A stretch of 64,000 nucleotides of DNA from Eledone cirrhosa (lineage: Eukaryota): assembly GCA_964016885.1 (NCBI GenBank), contig OZ024761.1, positions 6,262,001 to 6,326,000 of the forward strand. Direction: 5' to 3'. Within the stretch, counting starts at the first letter, position 1. Each line of letters begins with the position of its first letter. Below the pieces are notes generated by a model. The model made no database searches, was not told the DNA's origin, and was given only the letters and a program-made list of their open reading frames with translations. Below, piece after piece: positions 11,793-26,276 of this stretch. The position numbers and the translations under genes are program-made.

Positions 11793-12130
11793 CAGTGTCT
11801 GTCCTTAGGGCATCAACATGTGTCAACCTCGGTCTTCCTCTGCCAGTGTGTCTGTGCAGGGGCTCTCACAGGAGCACTGAGTGCAATGTCAACTCTAAAA
11901 GTCGGTAAGCATGTCCAGCTAACCTCAGTCTCCTCTGTGTCACTTTTGAGCTGGCTTTTGGGAGGCTCCCGTACAGCTCTGAGTTTTTCATCCTCAGTGT
12001 ATACTGATTAATGTTCAGAGCCATCCTCAGCATTCTCGTGTAGCACCCATCCACCATCTGAGTGAGTTTCTTGGTCAGTGTCCAAGTCTCAGACCCGTAC
12101 AGCAGCACAGACTCCACTACAGCAACAAAT
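11793..12130 (-). mobile_element. RTE-type LINE ORF2 3' fragment
   Basis: [49 protein letters not shown]; same family at 12488-12622 (+), 13309-13670 (+), 26078-26276 (-), 38360-38713 (-). Confidence 0.85.
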
Positions 12131-12148
12131 ATGTATATATACATATAC

Positions 12149-12222
<74 letters not shown>

Positions 12223-12244
12223 GTATATGTATATATACATATAC

Positions 12245-12288
<44 letters not shown>

Positions 12289-12621
12289 TACTGGAATAAT
12301 CAAGACCGTAGTGGTATGTCGCATATCCAATCTCTCATATATTTTATCTGATGAAAACGTACTGAAACACCATTGTACCTTTTAAATATGTATAATGAAA
12401 TATATATTTTGATTATGAGAATATTTTTCATTTATTAATATTTTGAATAATATATATATATATACATATGTATATGTATATATACATATTTGTTGCTGTA
12501 GTGGAGTCTGTGCTGCTGTACGGGTCTGAGACTTGGACACTGACCAAGAAACTCACTCAGATGGTGGATGGGTGCTACACGAGAATGCTGAGGATGGCTC
12601 TGAGCATTAATCAGTAAACAC

Positions 12622-13308
12622 TGGTGTAGAGCAATGATATCAGGTTCACTATCTTCTTGGGTATTCCATAAGCCTGTAAGATCTTCATCAGGCAGTGACG
12701 GTCCACAGAATCAAATGCCTTCCTAAACTCAATGAAAACCACGACAGCAGGAGGGCTCTTTGCTCCCTCTAATATCCTCTCAGAATCAGGATGTGACTGG
12801 TGGTTGATCTTCCCTCTCTGAAGCCGTTCTGGTTGTCCCTGAACTTCATCCTGTTAAGAATCATCCTGTTGAGGGTCTTTGCCACAAGTGACGTCAGTGA
12901 GATCCCTCTGTAGTTGTTGGTGTTAGAGAGATCTCCCTTCTTTGGCACTGGGACGATGTTACTGATCCTCCACTGATTCGGGGCAACTTATTTCTCCAGT
13001 GCCTGGTTACAGAACTCCAGGAGGATATCATCAAAATCACACCTCTTCATCACCTCTGATGCCACTCCATCTTCTCCATGAGCCTTGCTCTCCTTGATCT
13101 TCTTGCATCTCTCAAGCTCCTCTCTGGTGAAGGGTCCTATCTCAATATCCAGTTCCTCAAACAGCCGCCTGATCTCCCCAGTGTTCTGGGCTGTGGAGGG
13201 CGACTCTCCTAGTAGGGTCCTAAAATGGTCCAGCCATTTCCTCTTCCTATCCTCGGGCCCTGTTCCCTGGATCTGATTCGAACACCTTCTCTTCCTCCCC
13301 TTGATCTC
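12622..13308 (-). pseudogene. Degenerate reverse transcriptase fragment of RTE-type LINE
   Basis: Minus-strand reading gives ..KAHGEDGVASEV..NQWRISNIVPVPKKGDLSNTNNYRGISLTSLVAKTLNRMILNR..QNGFREGRSTTSHILIL..FIEFRKAFDSVDR, with stops/frameshifts. Confidence 0.85.
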
Positions 13309-13670
13309 GTGGATGGGTGCTACACGAGAATGCTGAGCATGGCTCTGAACATTAATCAGTATACACTGAGGATGAAGAACTCAGAGCTGTACGGGAGCCT
13401 CCCAAAAGTCAGCTCAAGAGTAGCACAGCGGAGACTGAGGTTAGCTGGACATGCTCACCGACATCCAGAGTTGACACTGCACTCAGTGCTCCTATGGGAA
13501 CCCCTACATGGACACACTGGAAGAGGAAGACCAAGGTTAACATATGTTGATGCCCTAAGGACAGAGACTGGTCTGTTGGAGATGCAGGACATGGCAACGA
13601 TAATGAGGGACAGAGACGCTGGAGAGAACTCATCCATGGATCTCGGGAATTTTACCCGTCCTACTAGAGA
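13309..13670 (+). mobile_element. RTE-type LINE 3' end (inverted relative to the adjacent RT fragment)
   Basis: [36 protein letters not shown]..; tail CGGGAATTTTACCCG then TA. Confidence 0.85.
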
Positions 13671-13856
13671 TATACATATGTATATATATATACAACTGTC
13701 AGAGCTAGTGAAAATATATAGTATTTTCTAAACTATACAGTGACTGATCAGCCTGATTTGCATATTAGCAGACTAGCTGAATATTCGAAAAACTCAGATT
13801 ACATTTATTGTATTCAGCCATGTAGAGCAACAACATTTTTATATATATATATATAT

Positions 13857-13937
<81 letters not shown>

Positions 13938-13954
13938 AGGCGTGTGGCTGAGTG

Positions 13955-14905
13955 GTGGAATCGTTCGCCTTGTTCTTCTGAGTAGGCGCCCATATTGTCC
14001 TTGAATTTTTCCAGGTGAGTGTCCAGCATACGGAGTTTAAGCGACATCCTGCATCCCATGGCACCAAAAGCCTTTATCAGATCCTGCACCAGTTGCTGGT
14101 AGTTTTCAGCTCTGTAGTTGCCCAGAAAGCCCTTAACAACTGCCTTGAAACAGTTCCATGCTGTTCTCTCAATCCTATTGAGCTTATTGGAGAACTCGGT
14201 AGACTCAAGCACCTTCTTTATCTGAGGTCCAACAAAAATTCCACCTTTGATTTTGGCCTCAGATAACTTGGGGAAGAACTCAAGAAGGTACTTAAAAGCG
14301 ACTGATTCTTGGTTGAGAGCCTTCACAATCTGCTTCATCAACCCCAACTTAATGTGCAGTGGCGGCATGAGCACAATCCTGGGATCAACCAGTGGCTCCC
14401 ACATGACGTTCTGGGTCCCAACTACAAATTCTGTTCGCTGCTCCCAGTTCTTTCTTTTGTAGTGGCCAGAGGTGGCTCTGCTGTTCCAAAGGCAGAGGAA
14501 GCATTGGAATTTGATAAAGCCTCCTCAGAGTCCAAGCAGGAAAGCCACCATCTTGAAGTCTCCAATGATTTCCCAATTGTATTGGTTGTATTGCAGAGCT
14601 TCCAAGAGGACTTTCACACTGTAGTAATCTTCCTTCGGGCAGACTGAATGAGCTAGGGGAAGTGTCGAGAACTTGTTTCCATTGTGGAGGAGGACAGCCG
14701 TGAAATTTGTGGTGGAACTGTCTATAAATAGCCGCCACTCCTTGGGCACAAGCGGCACCCCAATAACGTCAAACAGTCCAGGCACGTCATGGCAGAAGCA
14801 GAGGCCATCCCTAAGAGTGTAAAAGCCGGAGAAAGGTTCGTGTCGACTTCTCTGACTTGTCACCTGCACTTCCTCCTTGACCAAGTTCCACTGCTTCATC
14901 CTGGA
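13955..14905 (-). pseudogene. Chapaev3-like (CMC superfamily) DNA transposase fragment
   Basis: [70 protein letters not shown]; one in-frame stop at ~14525; no TIRs seen. Confidence 0.8.
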
Positions 14906-15261
14906 GACGAATGCTTAAAACACAACTTACCATTTATTCAGGGTGCGAAAATCCAGTATCAATAAATCTCTTTAATCCACTTTTTAACAATTTTATACTT
15001 TATTGCACTTTTCTAATTTTCTTTAGGTATTACTCTTTATTTTATAATTTTAATTTAACCTGAAATATATATAAAAAAATCATTTAACATAAAATTAAAC
15101 TTACATACAACGTAAAATCCAGCACACAAATAATTCTAGTGAATAGCTTAGAATTTTTACAAACCCAAACTTTTAACTGTTTAATAGAACTTTTTTATTT
15201 ATTTGGGACCTAAGCAACACAAACAAAGTGATTACAAGCCAGGGACAGAGAAAAAAAAAAT

Positions 15262-16130
15262 GTGTTACACGGTGTTATCAAGCCATCGTTTTGTCTGCCG
15301 GCCTCTGCTTCTCTTACCTGCCAACTTTCCTTCCAGGTATAACCTACTCATACCACGAGTTGATATTTTTATATGACCGTAGAGTTTGAGTACTCTTGAC
15401 TTGACAATTGATGTAATTGGTCTAAGTTTGATAAATGTTGAGCAGCTCACTGATACAGATACGGTCGCTGAACCGTTTACCTGTCATGAGTCTCACGATG
15501 TGGTTCTGGAATGTAGAGAGCTTCTGAAGTGACCTTGTCGTCCAATTAACTCAATCAAGACCATATAACACAACTGGTATGATGTAAGTATTGAAGATCT
15601 TAGCCTTCAAATGATAGGAAACTTGTTTTGATGTTAGTACTTCCTTGTTCTTGTTGAAAGCTGCCCAACCCAGAGCAATGCGATACTGCGCAACAACCAT
15701 TCCATTGTTGTTTGATGATAGCTTGTGACCGAGATATACGAACTCTTTAACTTGAGCAATTTACTGGTTGTAGATCGTGAGCTGGAGATTGGCATTGTTT
15801 TTATCAGTTGTCATACATTTTGTTTAGGAGATGTTGATGTGTAAGCCAGCCTCCAGCAAATGTTTGGCCAGTACATTGAGAAAGTCTTGCAGATCAGTTC
15901 TAGAGTAACTCATGATAGCCAGATCGTCTGCATAGCTAAGATTTGATAGGATTTTACCTCCTATTTGACAGCCAGTGTAGCATTTTTCTTCAGTTTGGTA
16001 GATAAGTGCAGCTATAACTATACAGAAAAGACGTGCTGATAGTACATCTCCCTGCTTAACTCCCTTCAAGATGTCTATACAGTGTGTAGTTCCCAAGTCT
16101 GTTTTGATATATGTTGTTGAGTTGGTGTAA
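15262..16130 (-). pseudogene. RTE-clade LINE reverse transcriptase fragment (second family)
   Basis: KGVKQGDVLSARLF..LSYADDLA..GLHINIS*TK..EFVYLG..AGKRSRGRQTKRWLD, with stops and deletions. Confidence 0.85.
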
Positions 16131-16384
16131 GTATATATGCTGTATATGATATATGATGTATTATATATGGTGTTGAGTTGGTGTATATATATACATATGT
16201 ATGTATGTATATGTTCATACACTGCCGGTGTACTCAATATATTTTCAACAGTTGTTTCAAGCCGTTTTACTAAGAATACGATACACGTAAACAACTTGAC
16301 TCTCTATCTTTATATTTCCTTCTCAGGGTTACACGCCCATGCAAGTATACACCGAAACACACGTATACATACATTCACACATTA

Positions 16385-18990
<2,606 letters not shown>

Positions 18991-19288
18991 ATGCTTAGTA
19001 CCATTACTTGTTTCCTACCTGGTTATTCTGTACATGCCTAACACCTCTGTACTCTTTCTATACGTTTGCCTATGTACCGCTCATGTCCTCGTTTTGCGAG
19101 TAACTTTCTTCTTTAGTTCCTCTATAATTGTTGTATTATTCTTTTATAATCTTTGTCGCATCCACTGATACTGACCTCATCTTCTTCACTCTTTAAATAT
19201 GACACTGTTAATGACAACACTAACATCTATGTATCTTTACGATTGTTCTGTGGAATAGGAGGTTAATTATATGTCTAAACTTTGCTAG

Positions 19289-19335
19289 TGCTCCGATGAA
19301 TCCAAACGAAAGTTTGGAAGAAACGATTGTCAGCA
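19289..19335 (+). ncRNA. Hammerhead ribozyme variant (CCGAUGA core) in TA-flanked element ~18990-19380
   Basis: TGCT CCGATGA a TCCAAAC gaaa GTTTGGA a GAAA CGATTG TC AGCA: 7-bp stem II with GAAA tetraloop, GUC site. Confidence 0.7.
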
Positions 19336-19389
19336 ATAAAATGTTTTTGAACATAGCTTTGATTATTCTGTATTTTATATATATATACA

Positions 19390-19512
<123 letters not shown>

Positions 19513-19793
19513 GTAATCTAAGTTTTTCGAATATTCATTCGCTTGCAATTATGCAATGTCAGTAGAATGAGGCCTTCATTCTCGCTCTTGTGTTGGGATG
19601 CAAACAGAACTGTAGACACTAATGTTCCTGGATGATTACCCTTCATCAGTGCAATTACTTGTCAATTATAATTAAAATATATGATATTTTCTAAAATATA
19701 CAGTGACTGATCGGCCTGATTTGCATATTAGCAGACCCACTGATCAGCCAGATTTGCATATTGTATTCAGCCATGTAGAGCCATAAATAGTTG

Positions 19794-19887
<94 letters not shown>

Positions 19888-20079
19888 TCAGGTTATCAAT
19901 AATCTAGTGATAATATATCGTTACGTTAGAGATGAACAGCGTACGTGCAGGTTTGCTCAACGAGTATAAATTCCGGAGATCAAATTATATCATGGAGATC
20001 AAATTTATATCATGGAGATCAAATTTACAAAAGGTTTGCTCAACGAGTATAAATTATATCCCGGAGATCAAATTATATC

Positions 20080-22161
20080 ATGGAGATCAAATTTACAAAA
20101 CGGAAGAACAATAAACTACAGAATGACATCACGGCACTGCTCAATAATCTAAAAAACGCCAATGGAATTATTGTTAGAGCAGACAAAACATCAAACGTAT
20201 ATACCATGGATGTGGACACTTACAATAACTTCATCCGTAAGGAATTGCATAAAAAATACAGGAAAACTAATGAAGCTACACTTAAAAACATCAACAACTC
20301 GGCATGTGATATTGTTAAAAAACTTTGTATTGACGATAGAACGCAACCCTTAACACCAGCTACACCATCCTTCAACCTGAAGGACCACAAGGTAAACTTC
20401 GATACTAACCCTAATATTAGACTTATATGCCCCTCTAAATCTGATATAGGCAAAATTAGCAAATATATACTAGACAGAATTATCCCCCAAGTTAAGGTTA
20501 AAGTAGAGATTAAACTATGGGGTAACACTCATGAAGCAATAAGATGGTTTAATAACATTACTGATAAGAAAAAAATCAAAATTTATTCAGTTTGATATTG
20601 ATGAATATTATTCCTCAATTTCACCTGATACTCTACATGAAGCTCTTTCGTTCGCTAAGGATAATTCCGACCTTACGGATGCTGAAATTAAAATTATTAT
20701 GGAAACGAGGAAAACTATAGTTAAATTCGATGATAGCTACTGGGTTCGCAAAGATAGACCTTCTAATTTTGATATCACTATGGGTTCTAATGATTCGGCG
20801 GAAGTAACAGATCTAGTGGGAATTTATATCACCCACAGATTACAAGGAAAATTCAAGGATCTCCACGGTGGAATCTACCGTGACGATGCGCTCCTATTAG
20901 TTAAGCATATGAATAACCAGAATTTAGAAAGGATGCGTAAAAATATCAGAAAGCTTTTTAAGGAACTAGGATTAAATATTACATTTGAATATAACCTCAA
21001 AGAGGTCAATTTCCTTGATGTTACTTTCAATCTCAATACAGATACGATTAAACCGTTCCATAAACTAAATGAGAACCTTAAATATGTAAATACGAGTTCT
21101 AACCATCCACTCTCTATAATTAAATCCATCCCTAGAAATGTTTCTCTTAGAATCTCCCGCCTGTCGTCCAACCAACAAACCTTCAAAGAACATGCCGAAT
21201 ATGATGATGATGCACTTAGGAAAGCCGGTCACCTAGATAATATAGAGTATATAGTCAAAGATCACCAAAACACCCAAAATAAATCCCATAGGAGTAGAAA
21301 TAGCACAGAATCACCACCATACATACACTACCGCAATAGACACAATAATAGTCGCACACCACCAAACAGAAGGCGATGTAAGGAGTATATTTGGTACAAC
21401 CCGGTCTATAACAACTCTATTAAAACCAATCTACCCTCAAAATTCTTTCGATTAGTTAAAAAACACTTTCCAACATCACATAAATATAATAAAATCTTAA
21501 ACCCTAACACTATTCGACTTTCATATTCAACCGCCCCTAATATTGAACAACATATAAAAAAGCTTAACGCAAAATGGTTGTATAAACGCCTTCCAACACA
21601 TAACAATACACGTAAAACATTAGCTATAACATCACAAAACAACAAACAACATCCTGTCCTACATAAGCAACCTCATCAACCCATCCATGGCAATACAACA
21701 ACGCAAAATTATAATTGCAACTGTGTCCAACCAGGAATGTGTCCGTTGAACAATCAGTGTCTTGAACGCAACATCGTATACAAATGTACTATCGAATCGG
21801 ATAGACAGAAGTGGTACTATGTGGGATCTACAGCCACCTCCTTCAAATCACGCCTTTATAGACATCGTTACTCGATAAAACATGAAAACCAGCGTTATGT
21901 AACAACACTCGCAGACAAGGCTTGGCAGCTGCGTGAAAATAACCAACAATTTCACCTAAAATGGGATATAATAGCGGCTGCCCCCCCCCCCCCCCCCCCC
22001 CATATTCCCATGGACAGGAATTTTGTAAATTATGTAATGTAGAATTATTTTGTATTATGAAATCCAAAAACATTTTATTAAATAACAGAATAGAGCGATC
22101 GTTATACTGTAACCATCGCTTAAAATCTACATTTTCATATTATAAATACTACCAGGATTGA
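20080..22161 (+). pseudogene. PLE polyprotein (N-terminally truncated) split by two homopolymer frameshifts
   Basis: ORFs 20080-20595, (20577)20699-22042 and 21961-22161 join at an A-run (~20569-20575) and a C-run (~21982-22001). No other stop seen. Confidence 0.8.
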
Positions 22162-22629
22162 ACGCCTGTCTCTATCCCCGTTTGATTGTCAAAATAGATA
22201 TTAACATTCTTTATTAGTCTTAATTCTATCAACTCTTCTATTATTTACCTTTTAATACAAACTGCTATAGATAAAATGAGATTTCTGATTTCTTGATTCA
22301 ATTCCCTAATGCATATACCAGCTGGCTACTAGCATTGATGTTATTTAGTAGCAATCGAAATCTCCCCCTTTCCCAATTGACACTTTATAATTAATACTAC
22401 TGCACCAAATGACCAGCCCTGTCCACTGTCCAGTTGGTCAAGTAGAGATTAAAATTGGCACTCCCAAAATTCTTATTTAGATTTACTCATGGTATTCTCA
22501 TTAGAAACCCATTATATACTTGTTTAGCAGTAAATTAATTTACCATCTGTCATATACTATCCCCTCTGTTTCTTCCTCTATTACTAATATAAATACTTCA
22601 ATTTTTCTGATTTTATCCCATTTATCCAA

Positions 22630-22750
22630 AATCTCTGAAGAAGTGACAACTGATTATACATTTGCTATCGAATGCTTGCTAACATTATATGATTACGCAA
22701 GCAGCGATACATAGGTATTCCGTCTGTTACAGAAACATATGTCAATACCT
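22630..22750 (+). ncRNA. Candidate HHR with ~75-nt stem II insertion in the 3' region of the PLE
   Basis: CTGAAGA a GTGACA...TGTTAC a GAAA CATATG TC; palindromic stem III ACATATGT; stem I not convincingly paired. Confidence 0.45.
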
Positions 22751-22798
22751 AATAAATTCCTTTTTAAAAAAAAAGCACTTTCATTTTATATTCATCCT

Positions 22799-22858
<60 letters not shown>

Positions 22859-23524
22859 CAGCCTACCACTTTACCGTATTGTGACCTTCTCTCTACCTGT
22901 TTTGCTCGATTTGTTGTGCCAGCACACTTTCACATCGACTCTCTCCTTCTCTCGCTTCATTTTATCTCTCTCTCTTTCTCTCCCTCTCCCTCTCCCTCTC
23001 TCTCTTTCTCTCTTCTTCTCTATCCATTTGCTCGTTTTCGGCCTGGTTACCCACATGTCGTAAACCCCTTTTGGATTAACTCCCTTTCCTTTCTCCTCCC
23101 TCTCACTTCCGGTTTCTTCGTCTTTCTCTCTCTCTCTACACTCACTTTACTGAGGTCGCACGGAAAAACCTTGCTCCGCAGTTCACCGGGTTTAAATCCA
23201 TCAGTACATTATAACTTATTCTATTTTCTCCTCGGTTACTCATTTGCATGTGCCATTGTCCTCTCTTCCCCCTCTATTCAGTATGTTTACTTCGTTCTTT
23301 GCTCTTTCCCTTTTTTTCTTACTTCCTCTCTCTTCACTATCATTTTTTCCCTCGTGGCCTTTTGATGGATAAAGGCCTCGGGCGCGCTGCCGATCGATGT
23401 CCTGTTTTAAACACCGAAACATATCTATGATCCGCAGTAAACCGCTGATGAAGAGCTACTTTTCTTCTCTTGTTTACGTCCCTATTACCATCTTACACTT
23501 TGTTTACAGCCTGCCTCTTTACTG

Positions 23525-23557
<33 letters not shown>

Positions 23558-23952
23558 CCTAGAAACGATCGTTAAATAATGAACTTTTTTTGTTTAATAT
23601 AAGGAACTGTTTCATTGTTTTATTCATTATTTTTTTAATATTTTATATATATATATATATATATTGTTATACTTGGGGAGGGTCATATTTGTGTAATATT
23701 GCCAGAATTAATAACAGAACACACTCACTGTTTGGTTGGTTTTCGCTTCTCGCTTCTGTGTCTTTTATATCGGTAATCTAACTTATTCGGTCCTCAATGT
23801 TATATATATATAACCAAAAGTTTATATAGTTCGTTGATTATTCAACGAATTCAATTTTACAATAGATTAGAAGCACTCGACAAGTATTTATCTGGAGTAT
23901 CTATAATATTATTCAAAATATTAATAAATGAGAAATATCATAACCAAAGTAT

Positions 23953-24017
23953 ATATTTTATTATACATATTTCAAAGGTACAATGGTGTTTCAGTACGTT
24001 TTCATCAGATAAAATAT
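23953..24017 (-). ncRNA. Hammerhead ribozyme (9837 family)
   Basis: Minus: ATATTTTAT CTGATGA aaac GTAC..GTAC cttt GAAA TATGTA TA ATAAAATAT. Confidence 0.75.
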
Positions 24018-24099
24018 ATAAGAGATTGGTTATACGACATACCGCTAAGGTACTCGAATCTTCAATTCCTGTAGTGGCAGTTATATATATATATATATA

Positions 24100-24308
24100 T
24101 CTTATTTTGTTTGACACGTTTAGCTTGTTCGCTTTTTTGACTCTGGTGGTTAATGGCTTCTTAACCATCGTCTCAGTTTGTATGACCTTTTTAACTTATG
24201 TTTATAGCTCTGGTATCTTCAGATCCATGGAGCGCTTGTCTGCACAATACGGAAGTTGCGTTTCGCTAATTTCTACCAGCCGAAATGCGATTCTCGCTAA
24301 ATTTATAT
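24100..24308 (+). mobile_element. Dispersed diverged relative of part of the 615-bp unit (also 56115-56312 +, 32320-32530 -)
   Basis: Shared blocks gtttgNcccgaat, tatagctctg, gaattattgagc, cgattctcgcta; all TA-flanked and ending at the same point. Confidence 0.6.
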
Positions 24309-24319
24309 TTATTTATTTA

Positions 24320-24445
<126 letters not shown>

Positions 24446-24536
24446 TGTGGGGTGGGGGCGAGGGCGTGCGTGTGTGTGAATCCGTAGATGAAGATATTCA
24501 CTGCTCCATCTGTTTCAAGAGAGCTTATATAGTATA

Positions 24537-24660
24537 TGTGGGCATAGTTTAATGGTTAGAGCTTCGAACTTACACTTATGGGGTTGTGTGTATAATTCCC
24601 AGACTCGGCTGTGTGTTGTGTCCTTGAGCAAGTCACTTTATTTCACGTGGCTCCAGCCCA
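24537..24660 (+). mobile_element. tRNA-SINE family B head (degenerate)
   Basis: Matches the 5' part of the fuller copy at 58230-58512: ..TGGTTAG..GTGTTGTGTCCTTGAGCAAG..TTTCACGTTGCTCCAG. Confidence 0.7.
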
Positions 24661-25650
24661 CTGTGTCCTTGGGCAAAACACTTTATTTCACATTGCTCCA
24701 GTCCACTGTGTCCTTGGGCAAAACACTTTATTTCACATTGCTCCAGTCCACTGTGTCCTTGAGCAAGACACTTTATTTCACATTGCTCCAGTCCACTGTG
24801 TCCTTGAGCAAGACACTTTATTTCACGTTGTTCTAGTCCACTGTGTCCTTGAGCAAGGCTCGAGATCTCCCGTTGCTCCAGTCCACTGTGTCCTTGAGCA
24901 AGACACTTTATTTCACGTTGCTCCAGTCCACTGTGTCCTTGAGGAAGACATTTTATTTCACGTTGCTCCAGTCCACTGTGTCCTTGAGGAAGACATTTTA
25001 TTTCACGTTGCTCCAGTCCACTGTGTCCTTGAGCAAGACACTTTATTTCACGTTGCTCCAGTCCACTGTGTCCTTCAGCAAGACACTTTATTTCACGTTG
25101 CTCCAGTCCACTGTGTCCTTCAGCAAGACACTTTATTTCACGTTGCTCCAGTCCATTGTGTCCTTCAGCAAGACACTTTATTTCACGTTGCTCCAGTCCA
25201 CTGTGTCCTTCAGCAAGACACTTTATTTCACGTTGCTCCAGTCCACTGTGTCCTTCAGCAAGACACTTTATTTCACGTTGCTCCAGTCCACTGTGTCCTT
25301 GAGCAAGACACTTTATTTCACGTTGCTCCAGTCCACTGTGTCCTTCAGCAAGACACTTTATTTCACGTTGCTCCAGTCCACTGTGTCCTTCAGCAAGACA
25401 CTTTATTTCACGTTGCTCCAGTCCACTGTGTCCTTCAGCAAGACACTTTATTTCACGTTGCTCCAGTCCACTGTGTCCTTCAGCAAGACACTTTATTTCA
25501 TATTGCTTCAGTCCACTGTGTCCTTGAGCAAGACACTTTATTTCACCCTGCTCCAGTCCACTGTGTCCTTCAGCAAGACACTTTATTTCACGTTGCTCCA
25601 GTCCACTGTGTCCTTCAGCAAGACACTTTATTTCACATTGCTCCAGTCCA
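24618..25650 (+). repeat. 45-bp minisatellite amplified from the SINE B central domain, ~23 copies
   Basis: Unit ctgtgtccttgagcaagacactttatttcacgttgctccagtcca; gives the [15 protein letters not shown] pseudo-ORF. Confidence 0.95.
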
Positions 25651-25677
25651 AACCCATGGACATTCGTGACCGGAGTG

Positions 25678-25761
25678 TCTTCTTCTTCTTCTTCTTCTTC
25701 TTCTTCTTCTTCTTCTTCTTCTTCTTCTTCTTCTTCTTCTTCTTCTTCTTCTTCTTCTTCT
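25678..25761. repeat. (TTC)n microsatellite
   Basis: Directly visible. Confidence 0.95.
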
Positions 25762-26010
25762 AACAGCAGAGGTCCGACAAGCTTTTGATTCCAGAGTCGG
25801 ATCAGATCGATACAGATCGAACCTTGAGCTGATCAATAGCGAAACGCGCGTCACCTATCAATAAACGTAATGAAGGCTCAACAACTCGTCCTTGTATTAT
25901 TATATTACACTCTGTCTAGCTCTACATCTCGCTACAGACGTGAGCCTAAACATCGAGTGCTCACCTGGGTGAAGAACCTACAGTAACTTCATGTTACACT
26001 CCCTGTATAT

Positions 26011-26073
<63 letters not shown>

Positions 26074-26276
26074 TATCAACATACGTTAACCTTGGTCTTC
26101 CTCTTCCAGTGTGTCCACGTAGGGGGCTCCCACAGGAGCACTGAGTGCAATGTCAACTCTGGATGTCGGTGAGCATGTCCGGCTAACCTCAGTCTCCTCT
26201 GTGTCACTATTGAGCTGACTTTTGGGAGGCTCCCATACAGCTCTGAGTTTTTCATCCTCAGTGTATAACAGTGTAT

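Larger units (their letters stand above)
19885..22802 (+). mobile_element. Penelope-like element (Naiad-like), RT + GIY-YIG endonuclease, between two (TA)n tracts
   Basis: ADKTSNVY, LKDHK, RLICP, FIQFDIDEYY, DITMGSNDSAEVTDLVG, YRDD, VNFLDVTFNL, SNHP, WYNP, CNC..CPL..CL, IVYK..YYVGSTATSFKSR, CKLC..LNNR..CNH. Clade assignment is from motif memory. Confidence 0.88.

Noticed and set aside
21700-22400. Selenocysteine/SECIS, reported for some Naiad PLEs
   Set aside because: All conserved Cys codons in the endonuclease region are TGT/TGC; no in-frame TGA before the terminal stop.
23350-23465. CTGATGA at ~23445 and GAAACATAT at ~23416
   Set aside because: Could not assemble paired stems in any hammerhead topology.
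24611-25763. 352-aa and 306-aa repeat proteins
   Set aside because: By-product of a 45-bp SINE-derived tandem unit.
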